Shown here: positions 8,773-17,691 of the stretch, one piece after another
Layout: each line of letters opens with the position of its first letter
Position numbering within the stretch: position 1 is the stretch's first letter
Assembly (NCBI GenBank): GCA_002316545.1
Contig: DCDR01000002.1
Location: forward strand, 18,248 to 82,247
Reading direction: 5' to 3'
Length of the DNA stretch: 64,000 bases
Origin: Candidatus Saccharibacteria bacterium UBA1050
GTDB lineage: Bacteria; Patescibacteriota; Saccharimonadia; Saccharimonadales; Saccharimonadaceae
Position numbers and translations under genes: made by a program
Notes under the pieces: model-generated
The model's input: the letters and a program-made list of their open reading frames with translations, nothing else
Databases searched by the model: none
Told to the model about the DNA's origin: nothing

Positions 8773-9291
8773 TCAAGTCTTGTTAGCTTTTCGGCGCATT
8801 ATCACACCCGAGCCGTTCAGCCTGCCCTCGTCGCTTGGGTATTGCCAGCCGTAAATTCGTGGTGGTGCAGTTTTGTCTATCTCAAAACCCAGGTGTTCAT
8901 ACATTTCTATGGCTTGTGTACGGTGGCGCATTACGTCTAGTTCAATCTCGCGACCAGCGGCAAATTCGAGCACTTTATTGAACAGTTCGCGGCCAATCCC
9001 CTTACCTTGTTTATCTATGGCTACATAAAAGCCTGAAAGATGCACTGGGTCGGTGTTGCTTGCGCCGATTCCGCCAAGCAAAGTTCCATCGTCATCCAGC
9101 GCCAGCCAAGTGGCGTTGTTTTCAAAGAAATTACGAAAGTACACAACGGTGCTTTCGTCTTCAAACTCTTCTTTTGAAAATAGTTCAGCGGGTATACCCA
9201 ACTCTGGCGCTGCGTACGCATTTTGATAAATCGGCTGGCAAAATTCAGCATATTTATCTGTCCAGCTTACATCGCCGCTAATAATTCGCAT
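8773..9291 (-). CDS. GNAT family N-acetyltransferase
   Basis: FYVAIDKQGKGIGRELFNKVLEFA (acetyl-CoA binding Q/R-x-x-G-x-G/A motif); 172 aa. Confidence 0.7.
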   Translation of the reverse strand: MRIISGDVSWTDKYAEFCQPIYQNAYAAPELGIPAELFSKEEFEDESTVVYFRNFFENNATWLALDDDGTLLGGIGASNTDPVHLSGFYVAIDKQGKGIGRELFNKVLEFAAGREIELDVMRHRTQAIEMYEHLGFEIDKTAPPRIYGWQYPSDEGRLNGSGVIMRRKANKT

Positions 9292-9294
9292 GTA

Positions 9295-10194
9295 CTACTT
9301 TTTCGTTAGTATGTTTTGCGGTTCACCAGCGAGGTATTTTTCAACGTTTTGCACCATAATCTCAAGGCCATTGGCTGCCGCTTGCTTGGTTACACCCGCT
9401 ACGTGTGGTGTTACCAGTATCTTTTCGCTTGAAAGACATTTTTTGTAAAAGTCGTTTGAAACATCAAATAGCGGTTCTGGGTCACAATCTATTGCTGCAC
9501 CACCCACTACACCTGCTTCGATTGCTGCAATTAAACCATCGATGTCGTACGTCCATGGGCGCGAGAATGTTACGTAAAAAGCGCCTTGTTTCATAGCCAT
9601 GAAAAATTCTGCATTGAGCAAGTTCTTTGTAGAGCTGTTGCAGTTCAGTGCATTCAGCACTACATCTGCGTGCTTTACAGATTCATGCAGGTCATCGCCA
9701 CGTTCAAAGTAGCTTACGTTCATACCGAAAGCTTCACATCGCTCACCTACTTCGGTTCCGATGGTTCCATGGCCAAGCACCACTACTTTTTTCCCTTCTA
9801 GGCTGTCTGTCGAAGTAAATGGATACTGCGTCGTGGTACGCAAAAACGTTGGAAATTGGCGAAAGAGCGAAAGCATGCCAAACATCGCCCACTCAGCTAT
9901 AGATTTGCGGTTGCCGCCCTTTGCGTTGGCTATAAATACGTTTTTCTTTGCTAGTTCATCTGCGTTGAATGCTCCGAGTTCTGTGTATGGGTAAGTTATT
10001 AGCGCATTTTCAAGCGCACCTGCTTTTTCCAGCACGTAATCGCCCCAGCTACACACCACGTCGTAGCCTTTTACTTTTTCCACCCAATCATCGGCCGATT
10101 CCGCGGCAATGGTTTCAACCTGCCCCGCAGCAGCTAGTCGAGCCTTTTGTTCGTCAGTAAAATTAAATTCACCTGCTAATGCAATTTTGCTCAT
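9295..10194 (-). CDS. D-isomer-specific 2-hydroxyacid dehydrogenase family protein
   Basis: NAD-binding VVVLGHGTIGTEVG and C-terminal ILVTPHVAG motifs; 299 aa. Confidence 0.75.
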   Translation of the reverse strand: MSKIALAGEFNFTDEQKARLAAAGQVETIAAESADDWVEKVKGYDVVCSWGDYVLEKAGALENALITYPYTELGAFNADELAKKNVFIANAKGGNRKSIAEWAMFGMLSLFRQFPTFLRTTTQYPFTSTDSLEGKKVVVLGHGTIGTEVGERCEAFGMNVSYFERGDDLHESVKHADVVLNALNCNSSTKNLLNAEFFMAMKQGAFYVTFSRPWTYDIDGLIAAIEAGVVGGAAIDCDPEPLFDVSNDFYKKCLSSEKILVTPHVAGVTKQAAANGLEIMVQNVEKYLAGEPQNILTKK

Positions 10195-10195
10195 A

Positions 10196-10579
10196 CTATT
10201 CTCCGTTCTTTGGTATTTCCATCAAATCAATATCAAATACTAAATTGCTATTTGCGGGGATGTTTTTCGCGGGGCTGCTAGAGCCGTAGGCCATTTCGGC
10301 TGGAATGATTAAGCGGCGCGTACCGCCTACTTTCATGCCAGGTACACCTTGTGTCCAACCAGCTATTACGCCGCTTAGAGGGAATGTGATCGCCTTGCCA
10401 AAATCGTGGCTACTTTGGAATATTATGCCATTTTTACATAAAGCCCCTGTGTAGTGCGCCGTGATTGTAGCCCCGGCACGCACCTCTTCACCCTTACCAA
10501 CATCCAGGTCGATAATTTCTAATCCTTTTACTTCCTCGCGCGGTTCAAAATCCGCTAGCTTTGTGCCTTCGTATACCAT
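10196..10579 (-). CDS. FKBP-type peptidyl-prolyl cis-trans isomerase
   Basis: TAHYTGAL..G.IFQSSHD..ITFPLSGVIAGWTQGVPGMKVGGTRRLIIPAEMAYG is the canonical FKBP core. Confidence 0.85.
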   Translation of the reverse strand: MVYEGTKLADFEPREEVKGLEIIDLDVGKGEEVRAGATITAHYTGALCKNGIIFQSSHDFGKAITFPLSGVIAGWTQGVPGMKVGGTRRLIIPAEMAYGSSSPAKNIPANSNLVFDIDLMEIPKNGE

Positions 10580-12301
10580 ATGTTTGAATTATATCTTAAA
10601 AAATATATCTTCTCTTACCCTATTCAATAACACACTGACCTTGCCTACAGCTTGAGAAGCAGATTTTTTATTTGGCGTAGATGATAGCTGTTTCATGATA
10701 AGTTCGAGTGCTTGAATATCAGTGTCAAACATACTATAGCTATATGCTCTAAAGACTTGATTATTTTCAATTAATGACTCTATAGCAGGCTTAATAATAT
10801 TATTATAGGCAAGCAAACGTTCTTGAGTTGCTCCCTCGAAACTAGAGACTGGAGTAGTACTACCTTCTGGTATGTAAACAAAGCTGAAGCCAAAGCCAGA
10901 ATACCAATCTTCAATCTCCCAAAATTCTGCTGGAAAAGCCTGCCTCATTCTATCCGGTAGCGCCCCAAACGCTCTCACAAAGACTGCTGGAGCTTCTTGG
11001 CTATCCCTGCTTTGATAGTCTTGATTAAGTATTTCTCTGCCTTGATCTATATAGCTATTTAATAAAGCCCTATACTCACGAGCTACGTAGCTCACTGTCC
11101 CGCTGAGAAATTGGTTACGATACACAGGGTCAACCACCATACTATCGAGCATGCCTTTAGAGCTTAGGTCGGTTTTCCAGTTTGATACAGCTTCCATTAC
11201 CATTCGCAACGAAATAGTCCATAAAAATACGTTCCTTATAAAATTCTCGTCATTCGCTTCGTTTTTGAACAAATCTACACCCGTTCTTTTAACTAAACTG
11301 TCTATCTTTTCTATAAGTACACTGATCTCGGGCGCAACAACAATTTCATTTGGTAGCGTTCTTAAAAGATATTTTTTCGGATTTGGCAAAACGCCAGCAA
11401 GTGATTGTTCAAGATCGCTTCGATTAGTTGTGACAATCATGATCACACTACCTCTTAGAAATGATAAAACTTCTATCACGCGCAGCCATTTGGTTGCTTC
11501 GATTGGATCAAGTCTGTCTAAGTCTTCTAAAATAACAACTATCTTTAGCTCTCTATTAGTAAATATGCCTTGGATTTTTTTTAGTAATCTAAATAGCTCA
11601 TCTTCGACGAACCACCTTTTTACAACACCAACTTTTACTGAGAACAGGCCGTTAAAACCGAATGTTTGATCGATATCAGGCGTTAAGTTAGGTGACAGTC
11701 GACGAAACTCGGATATACCTGTAATGTTAGATAGTTGTATAAAAAGTTCGTCTATACCCTCGCTTGGATTACCGAAGCCCCAAAGACTATGATAGTATGA
11801 CCTTTTTATAATCCCAGTATTTAGTAGCTTTTTAACAATGCCATCGGCAGTGACACTCTTGCCTGATCGCCAAGCACCATTAATAGTTATCAATGATTTG
11901 CTCGAGTCAGGCATTAAGCTAATTTGCTCAACTTCTGTGTTATCTATGCTTAACTTGATAACTTCTTGAGTGTTGGGTAAAGAATCTAGAATTATCTCCG
12001 ATTTGTTAGTAGTAGTTTTTTTAACTTTCTTTTTATCTAGCGCCCACGCTTTATTTGGCTGTACATATACAGGCATCTTTCGATACCTATAGTATTGTCG
12101 GTAGATAAGTACTACAGAAATTATTACTGAAACCACTAATAAAAAGCTTGCAAATGGTTTATCTAATACGCCGTATTTAAGCAAAATACACGACGCAGCA
12201 GGCACAATAAGTATGAAAAACGTATATTCGAAAAATAAGAGTGGGCTTGATGCAACATAGCCCCGAAATTTTCTGATGGCTTTTTTAAGTGCTTGGTTCA
12301 C
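10580..12301. other. AT-rich compositional island (single gene)
   Basis: Hand counts of 60-nt lines give 35% G+C at 10681, 27% at 11521 and 28% at 12121, versus about 52% at 12601 in glyQS. Confidence 0.7.
10589..12301 (-). CDS. KAP-family P-loop NTPase with two N-terminal TM helices
   Basis: 570 aa. Walker A is INGAWRSGKS (GxWGxGKS type) and Walker B is KIVVILEDLDRLDP (DDLDR type). N-terminal hydrophobic helices. The only in-frame start is GTG at 12301, which overlaps the glyQS 3' end by 17 nt. Confidence 0.7.
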   Translation of the reverse strand: MNQALKKAIRKFRGYVASSPLLFFEYTFFILIVPAASCILLKYGVLDKPFASFLLVVSVIISVVLIYRQYYRYRKMPVYVQPNKAWALDKKKVKKTTTNKSEIILDSLPNTQEVIKLSIDNTEVEQISLMPDSSKSLITINGAWRSGKSVTADGIVKKLLNTGIIKRSYYHSLWGFGNPSEGIDELFIQLSNITGISEFRRLSPNLTPDIDQTFGFNGLFSVKVGVVKRWFVEDELFRLLKKIQGIFTNRELKIVVILEDLDRLDPIEATKWLRVIEVLSFLRGSVIMIVTTNRSDLEQSLAGVLPNPKKYLLRTLPNEIVVAPEISVLIEKIDSLVKRTGVDLFKNEANDENFIRNVFLWTISLRMVMEAVSNWKTDLSSKGMLDSMVVDPVYRNQFLSGTVSYVAREYRALLNSYIDQGREILNQDYQSRDSQEAPAVFVRAFGALPDRMRQAFPAEFWEIEDWYSGFGFSFVYIPEGSTTPVSSFEGATQERLLAYNNIIKPAIESLIENNQVFRAYSYSMFDTDIQALELIMKQLSSTPNKKSASQAVGKVSVLLNRVREDIFFKI

Positions 12302-13682
12302 TGTCCAATGAACCTATCTCCACCCTTTTTTGTTCTGTCGTATCTCTGTCGCGAACTGTGACTGTATTGTTTTCTAGCGTTTTGAAGTCAATCACCACAC
12401 AGTGCGGCGTACCAATTTCATCTTGTCTGCGGTAGCGTTTACCGATGTTACCGTTGTCATCCCACATTACAGTACCATATTTTTTCTTTAGCATTTGGTA
12501 CACTTCGCGGGCTTTTTCTACTAGCTCTGGCTTGTTCTTTAGCAGCGGGCTCACGGCGTATTTCACTGGCGCCAGGTGCTCTGGTAGTGCGAGGTAAATT
12601 CGCTTTTCACCATTTTGCTCGTCTTCGCGGTAGGCACTAGTAAGTACGGCCATGAGTGCACGCTCAACACCAAAGCTTGGCTCAATCACGTGCGGCACGA
12701 ATGTCTCGTCGCTGCCCTTCACGTGGTATTCCATAGTTTTACCGCTAGCACGCTGAATATTAGCAAGGTCGAAATCGGTACGGTACGCTAGGCCCAGCAG
12801 CTCGTCTTTACCGTGCGGGAATGCAAATTCGTAATCTATCGTGCGCTTGCTGTAATGCGCGCGGTCGTTTTCAGGAACTTCAACTTCTTCTACACTTTCG
12901 CGTGGCAAGCCAAGCTTATCGAGGAATACTTCAATGTCTTTGCGCCATTGCTCGAAGGCTTCTTCCCACTTTTCTGGGTGCACGAAATATTCCACTTCCA
13001 TTTGCTCAAACTCTCGTGAACGGAATACGAAATCGCGTGGGCTGATTTCGTTGCGGAATGCCTTGCCCTGCTGCGCAATACCAAATGGTAGGTCGGGGTA
13101 AAAACTATCTACGACGTTTTTGTAATTCGTGAAAATACCTTGGGCAGTTTCTGGGCGAAGATATGATCGATCGTTCTTATCGAAAATTAACGCTGCAATA
13201 TTTGTCTCTTCAGCTTGTGGTTTTGTGTACGTTTCACCATTTTCTAGCTCAATACTGTTAAATCCACCGAAGCCCGCGGGACCAACGACTGTTTCAAACA
13301 TCATGTTGAACTGTACCGGGTCAGTAAAGCTACCCTCTTCACCACAGACAGGACATTTATTTGGATTCTCAAGTTTATCTGCACGGTGACGTGAATGGCA
13401 CTTCTTGCAGAATACCAATGGGTCGGTAAATGTATCTACGTGGCCGCTTGCCTGCCATACTTTTTGGTTCATCAAAATCGCCGCGTCGACACCGTACATG
13501 TCGTCGCGGTCTTCTACAAACATCTGCCACCAAAGGTTCATAATGTTGCGCTTCAGGGCTACACCAAGTGGGCCGTAATCCCATGTACCACTTAAACCAC
13601 CATATACTTCACTACCTTGGTAAATAAAGCCTCGGCGCTTCGCCAAACTCACAATATCTTCTAGTTTTACCTCTTTGTTCAT
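12285..13682 (-). CDS. glyQS: Glycine--tRNA ligase (dimeric glyQS type)
   Basis: The track ORF is trimmed from GTG 13691 to ATG 13682, because the GTG abuts the -10 box. The sequence RRGFIYQGSEVYGGLSGTWDYGPLG.. and its ~465-aa length are typical of class II GlyRS. Confidence 0.9.
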   Translation of the reverse strand: MNKEVKLEDIVSLAKRRGFIYQGSEVYGGLSGTWDYGPLGVALKRNIMNLWWQMFVEDRDDMYGVDAAILMNQKVWQASGHVDTFTDPLVFCKKCHSRHRADKLENPNKCPVCGEEGSFTDPVQFNMMFETVVGPAGFGGFNSIELENGETYTKPQAEETNIAALIFDKNDRSYLRPETAQGIFTNYKNVVDSFYPDLPFGIAQQGKAFRNEISPRDFVFRSREFEQMEVEYFVHPEKWEEAFEQWRKDIEVFLDKLGLPRESVEEVEVPENDRAHYSKRTIDYEFAFPHGKDELLGLAYRTDFDLANIQRASGKTMEYHVKGSDETFVPHVIEPSFGVERALMAVLTSAYREDEQNGEKRIYLALPEHLAPVKYAVSPLLKNKPELVEKAREVYQMLKKKYGTVMWDDNGNIGKRYRRQDEIGTPHCVVIDFKTLENNTVTVRDRDTTEQKRVEIGSLDSEPST

Positions 13683-13691
13683 ACTGTTCAC

Positions 13692-13700
13692 AGTATACCA
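13692..13700 (-). promoter_or_regulatory. Extended -10 promoter element (TGgTATACT) for glyQS
   Basis: The minus strand reads TGGTATACT, and ATG follows 10 nt after the hexamer with no Shine-Dalgarno sequence. Confidence 0.45.
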
Positions 13701-13743
13701 GACACTTGCATATTTTCGGAGGTAGACGCATAGTTAAATCACC

Positions 13744-14232
13744 ATGAACCACGATATCGATCCGCGAGACATGCCCGAGCGCCAACCACGGCAAATGGCA
13801 CAAGTTGTTGCAGACGCCATGGATCTGATGCGTCGAGGCAATCTTGAAGAGGCTGAAAGCTCATTAGCAGCTTACAACACTCTTACAAAGAATGCTGACC
13901 ATTTTGCTGTTGCACTAGAGCAAGCGTGTAGGCTGGCGCAAGAAGATGGCGAAATGAACGAAGAAACATTGGCTACGCTACTAGGAAGCAAACACCTCGC
14001 CCGTGTATACGAAACGGTTTCGCAGGGCGTCGGAGCGTTGGGCGCCCGAATTGCCGCAAGTGATGTGATAGATACAGAAAAATGGCTAAAAATGCTTGCG
14101 AGCACCAAGGAAAAGGCTGTAATTCTGACAGATCGTGAACACTTGGAAGCCTATCGCAAGCGTGGTGCCGCCCTACTAAAAGCCATTGGCGCCAAGCTAC
14201 CTGGCACACATGGTGGCGACCAAGATAGCTAA
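13744..14232 (+). CDS. Hypothetical protein
   Basis: 162-aa helical, Ala/Leu-rich ORF. It is an isolated plus-strand gene converging on the next gene with a 3-nt gap. Confidence 0.55.
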   Translation: MNHDIDPRDMPERQPRQMAQVVADAMDLMRRGNLEEAESSLAAYNTLTKNADHFAVALEQACRLAQEDGEMNEETLATLLGSKHLARVYETVSQGVGALGARIAASDVIDTEKWLKMLASTKEKAVILTDREHLEAYRKRGAALLKAIGAKLPGTHGGDQDS

Positions 14233-14235
14233 TAT

Positions 14236-14850
14236 CTACAAATAACGTTCGTGAAGCGCCTGAATTTCGTCGGGCGTATTTTGTGGCTTATCGTACACTG
14301 GTACGAAAAGTTCTTCGTCATCCACTAGATCATCAACATTTATGCCTGGCGCAGCCAAAATATTCCGCTGGTCGGCTACCAAAAACGTGCCAAGTGCTGC
14401 TTCACCTTTGTATACCCTACCGCACATACGCTGTTCAATACCGCCCTGTTTTAAATGGTCGGTGTGCGCTGCTGCAGTAAACCACTTCAAGCTTGAGGCA
14501 TCTGCTGTGTGGAACGTCGAGATATTACCATGGCCTACAAGCGTGATGCCCGCCACTTCATCGTCTTCAATAGTTTCGAGTAATGTAGCTTTAGACGCAT
14601 GCCGACGAATATCTATATCGCTATACACGCCTTTTTGCTGGGCTCTTTCTTGCAAGTATTCCGCTGCCTCATCCATAGCATTTTGTTGCGCTTCGGGGCT
14701 CATAGGAATATCGTTGCGCGTCCAGCTAGATACAAGAATCGCAAGTTGGCCGAGATGTGGCTCGACGCTAAGTTTTTGTGCCTGCAACAAAGCATCATGA
14801 TGCTCATAGGCAGTGTGTAGCCGGTCTCGAAATGTTGCATGCGAAGTCAT
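14236..14850 (-). CDS. Hypothetical protein
   Basis: 204-aa ORF. TATTAT (14862-14857) ends 7 nt upstream of ATG 14850. No secure motif. Confidence 0.6.
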   Translation of the reverse strand: MTSHATFRDRLHTAYEHHDALLQAQKLSVEPHLGQLAILVSSWTRNDIPMSPEAQQNAMDEAAEYLQERAQQKGVYSDIDIRRHASKATLLETIEDDEVAGITLVGHGNISTFHTADASSLKWFTAAAHTDHLKQGGIEQRMCGRVYKGEAALGTFLVADQRNILAAPGINVDDLVDDEELFVPVYDKPQNTPDEIQALHERYL

Positions 14851-14888
14851 ATGTATATAATAACATATTTGATGATAAAATGCAATGC

Positions 14889-15812
14889 TTACAGAGAAAA
14901 GATTGTTTTTGTTTCGCGCGCCATGATACCAATATCGAAATATGGCGCAAGCAAACTCTCGCCTACTATCGTGCGATACTTTAGCAATTTGTCATCTTTA
15001 TTTACAAGTGCATCGGCCTTATCCTTTGCATCTTGATTGCCGTTTTTCAATGACTCGGCATACAGCATGAATGCCTTCTTGCTCGTACCGAGCATCTCTA
15101 AAGCATCCGCACGCTTTTTTGCATAATAAGGATGTTCGGGCATTGGTGATGCCTTCAAGATTTTTTCAAGTCCAGGAATAATTGTTTCCGTGGCTTGCTC
15201 ATACTCGCTTAGCTTATTCTGCTGCTTCACTGCTGGGTCCTCGCCAATTGAAGCCAAGCCATTGATAAGCTTGGTAAGCGCCTCTAGTGAAATAAAGGTT
15301 TGTGCTTTCGCCATATTTGCGAAGTAGGCTTCATGCTCGGTGGCCATAAATTTTTCGGCTAGTACTCCCCGTTCTAATGAAACAGTGCTGTCTTCAAGCT
15401 TCTTCTGTTTCTTCAACGCCGTATTGTACGTGGGGTTTAGATCTGCAAAAAATGAGTTCTTTGAAAGAGTCGGCTTCTTTTTGTCGAGTAGTGCGACGAA
15501 TTTTGTGTCACCTTCTGCAATACGGTTCATTTGTTCGCTATATTGTGCGAATAGCTTTTGGTGAGCTTTTACTTTATCAATAAAGGCAGGTTTTGATTTA
15601 TCATTTGCGATACGCACAAACTCTTTGTTTATCGTCTCAGTATCCTTCTGATACGACTTTGCGAGTACTGCATATGCGCCTTTTTTGTCTTCAATATAGG
15701 TCGAGAGCTCTTTATTGAAATGAGAAGCAAGTATTTGGGCGTATATAAACAGAATGGCAAGAAGCGCCAGCGCTATGCCAATGAATACGAGTAGTTTTTT
15801 TCGTGTAGTCAT
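14889..15812 (-). CDS. Membrane-anchored helical hypothetical protein
   Basis: The track ORF 14889..15881 is trimmed to ATG 15812 (MTTRKKLLVFIGIALALLAILFIYAQ), which removes the overlap with recO. It has an N-terminal TM helix followed by a long helical ectodomain. Confidence 0.6.
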   Translation of the reverse strand: MTTRKKLLVFIGIALALLAILFIYAQILASHFNKELSTYIEDKKGAYAVLAKSYQKDTETINKEFVRIANDKSKPAFIDKVKAHQKLFAQYSEQMNRIAEGDTKFVALLDKKKPTLSKNSFFADLNPTYNTALKKQKKLEDSTVSLERGVLAEKFMATEHEAYFANMAKAQTFISLEALTKLINGLASIGEDPAVKQQNKLSEYEQATETIIPGLEKILKASPMPEHPYYAKKRADALEMLGTSKKAFMLYAESLKNGNQDAKDKADALVNKDDKLLKYRTIVGESLLAPYFDIGIMARETKTIFSL

Positions 15813-15844
15813 GTATTTATGATACCGTTTATCGTTGTGCAGTG

Positions 15845-16522
15845 CTAATGCGCGACGCCTCGCTCGGCCAGCCATAGGCAATCGTCGATAAGTGTTTCGA
15901 TGTTGGCCACGTGCATGGCAACATTTGGTGGCTGGGCACTGAGTATGCGAAGCAGTTTAATATGGTCACTGGTGAACTGCCCTCGCTCGTGAAATACTAG
16001 CGCACCAGAGTTTGCGTCGAAGTTGTAACGCGCATCTTCAACCAACTTCATGCCACTGTCATCGGTAGCGAGATTCACTCCGACCCCTAGCAATATCGCG
16101 AGCTGTAGCCAAAACCATGTTTTGAGCACCGGTAGGAGTAATTCTGTGTCGTCGAGCGCAGCGAGTGCTTGGTCAAGAAGTTCAAAAAATGCTGGTTCGT
16201 CGAGCGCGTCGGCAGCTTTGCTCATTTGCTTTATTACTTCGTAACCAAATTGCAGCCGGTCGTAATCGCTTAAAATATTTCGGTAGAATTTTTCAAGCCT
16301 CGCACCAGTTAAAATACCTAACTCACCTTTTCCTGTAGAGATTGTGACGTCACAGCGAGCAAATAATTCTATGCCACCTGCCAGTTTACTTTTCTCACGA
16401 CGCACGCTTTTAGCCATAACGCTGATCTTGCCATGCTCGGGCGTAAGCATTTGAATAACCCTATCGGCCTCGCCATAGTTGGTACGGCGCAGCACAATTG
16501 CTTTGGTGCGAATTATCTTCAT
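15845..16522 (-). CDS. recO: DNA repair protein RecO
   Basis: MKIIRTKAIVLRRTNYGEADRVIQMLTPEHGKISVMAKSVRR is the typical RecO OB-fold N-terminus; 225 aa. Confidence 0.85.
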   Translation of the reverse strand: MKIIRTKAIVLRRTNYGEADRVIQMLTPEHGKISVMAKSVRREKSKLAGGIELFARCDVTISTGKGELGILTGARLEKFYRNILSDYDRLQFGYEVIKQMSKAADALDEPAFFELLDQALAALDDTELLLPVLKTWFWLQLAILLGVGVNLATDDSGMKLVEDARYNFDANSGALVFHERGQFTSDHIKLLRILSAQPPNVAMHVANIETLIDDCLWLAERGVAH

Positions 16523-16896
16523 GGTTTTACCACACTCCGCACGGCGATGGCTATGTCTTCCGGCTGCATACTGGCTTTATCGACGATTCGCTTCACACCA
16601 TACGACGCTACATCGTCGAGTGCGATTTGATTTGCCAAATTTGTCGCCAGTATTACCGGAATATTCGCCAAATCTTCGTGCGACTGTAATTCGTGTAACA
16701 ATGCAAGCGCCGTAGTGCCAGTAAGTAGCACGTCGAGCACGATAACATCTGGCACTACTTGGTCAATTACATCAATCGCCGCTAGCGCATGTGGTGCATG
16801 ATATACTTCGTACCCACTTCTTCGCAGCACTCTCATATAGTGCTCGGCGAGCCATGTGTCGTCTTCAACAATTACTACACGAACCGCTTCTCTCAT
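16519..16896 (-). CDS. Stand-alone response-regulator receiver domain protein
   Basis: 125 aa; VVIVEDD..., phospho-acceptor context VIVLDVLL, no output domain. It has 4-nt overlaps with both neighbours. Confidence 0.8.
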   Translation of the reverse strand: MREAVRVVIVEDDTWLAEHYMRVLRRSGYEVYHAPHALAAIDVIDQVVPDVIVLDVLLTGTTALALLHELQSHEDLANIPVILATNLANQIALDDVASYGVKRIVDKASMQPEDIAIAVRSVVKP

Positions 16897-17624
16897 AGCA
16901 GTGTAAGCTGTTGCGAGATTGGTAATTCTACATAAAACGATGCGCCGTCGCGATGTCGTACCGCGCCGATTCGGCCATTCATGCTGACAGCAAATTGATG
17001 CGCGATATATAGCCCAAGCCCACTGCTTTGTGGCCTCGCCTGTACCGGCTGAGTGGCGCCGAGGTTTCGCACAAGTTGTCGCCAGTTTTTATTTGAAAGC
17101 GCCGGGCCGTAATCGCGTACACCGAGGCGTACGAGCTTTTTATCGCGTAGCAACTGCGCGTGCAGTTCTACCACGCCATCTATATCGCTATAGTGCAGTG
17201 CATTGTCGGCAAAACCAACCAATATACGCCGTAACAAGTCTCGATTAGCCACAACGGGTGGTAAGGCACGAATACGTGAACGTTTTAGACTGCGACCATG
17301 CGCATTATATAGGCTCGCAAGCTCATCGGCTACGTCATCGCAAACACTAATTGCATTGACCGGCTGCATATCGAACAGCACAGACTGTACAGCCTCCGCT
17401 CGAGTTAGATCGCTGGTAAGGCGCAAGCCCTTTTCGCTGACGTGTACTAATTGATCAACTACTCGCTGCTGTTCTTCATTCGACAGTTTGCCACTAGCAA
17501 TATCCAATGCGAGTTGACGCATAAGCACTAATGGCGATTTGAGTTCATGAGCCGCGACAACCACCGACGACAAGTCTGATTGGTTGCTCCCACCTCTGTT
17601 ATTATTCCCCTTGGCGGCCTCCAT
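16893..17624 (-). CDS. Cytoplasmic sensor-less histidine kinase (DHp + HATPase only)
   Basis: H-box VAAHELKSPL and a G-box region SSGLGLYIAHQF. 243 aa with no TM or sensor domain. Confidence 0.8.
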   Translation of the reverse strand: MEAAKGNNNRGGSNQSDLSSVVVAAHELKSPLVLMRQLALDIASGKLSNEEQQRVVDQLVHVSEKGLRLTSDLTRAEAVQSVLFDMQPVNAISVCDDVADELASLYNAHGRSLKRSRIRALPPVVANRDLLRRILVGFADNALHYSDIDGVVELHAQLLRDKKLVRLGVRDYGPALSNKNWRQLVRNLGATQPVQARPQSSGLGLYIAHQFAVSMNGRIGAVRHRDGASFYVELPISQQLTLL

Positions 17625-17691
17625 AGCTACATCTAGTGTAGCACGGTGGTACTATGACGTGCCAAGCATGAGCAGCGAGAATTGTGTGGTT

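Noticed and set aside
12285-12301. The 17-nt overlap between the glyQS 3' end and the KAP NTPase start, considered as a possible gene fusion or frameshift.
   Set aside because: The two ORFs are in different frames, each has a complete domain set, and GlyRS terminates at a normal length. The overlap is best read as translational coupling created by the insertion.
14236-14850. A possible caspase-like His/Cys dyad (LVGHGN ... EQRMCGR) in the 204-aa hypothetical protein.
   Set aside because: The residues preceding the Cys (LKQGGIEQRM) do not form the hydrophobic beta-strand that precedes the catalytic Cys in caspase-fold proteases. The spacing and context are too weak to support the call.
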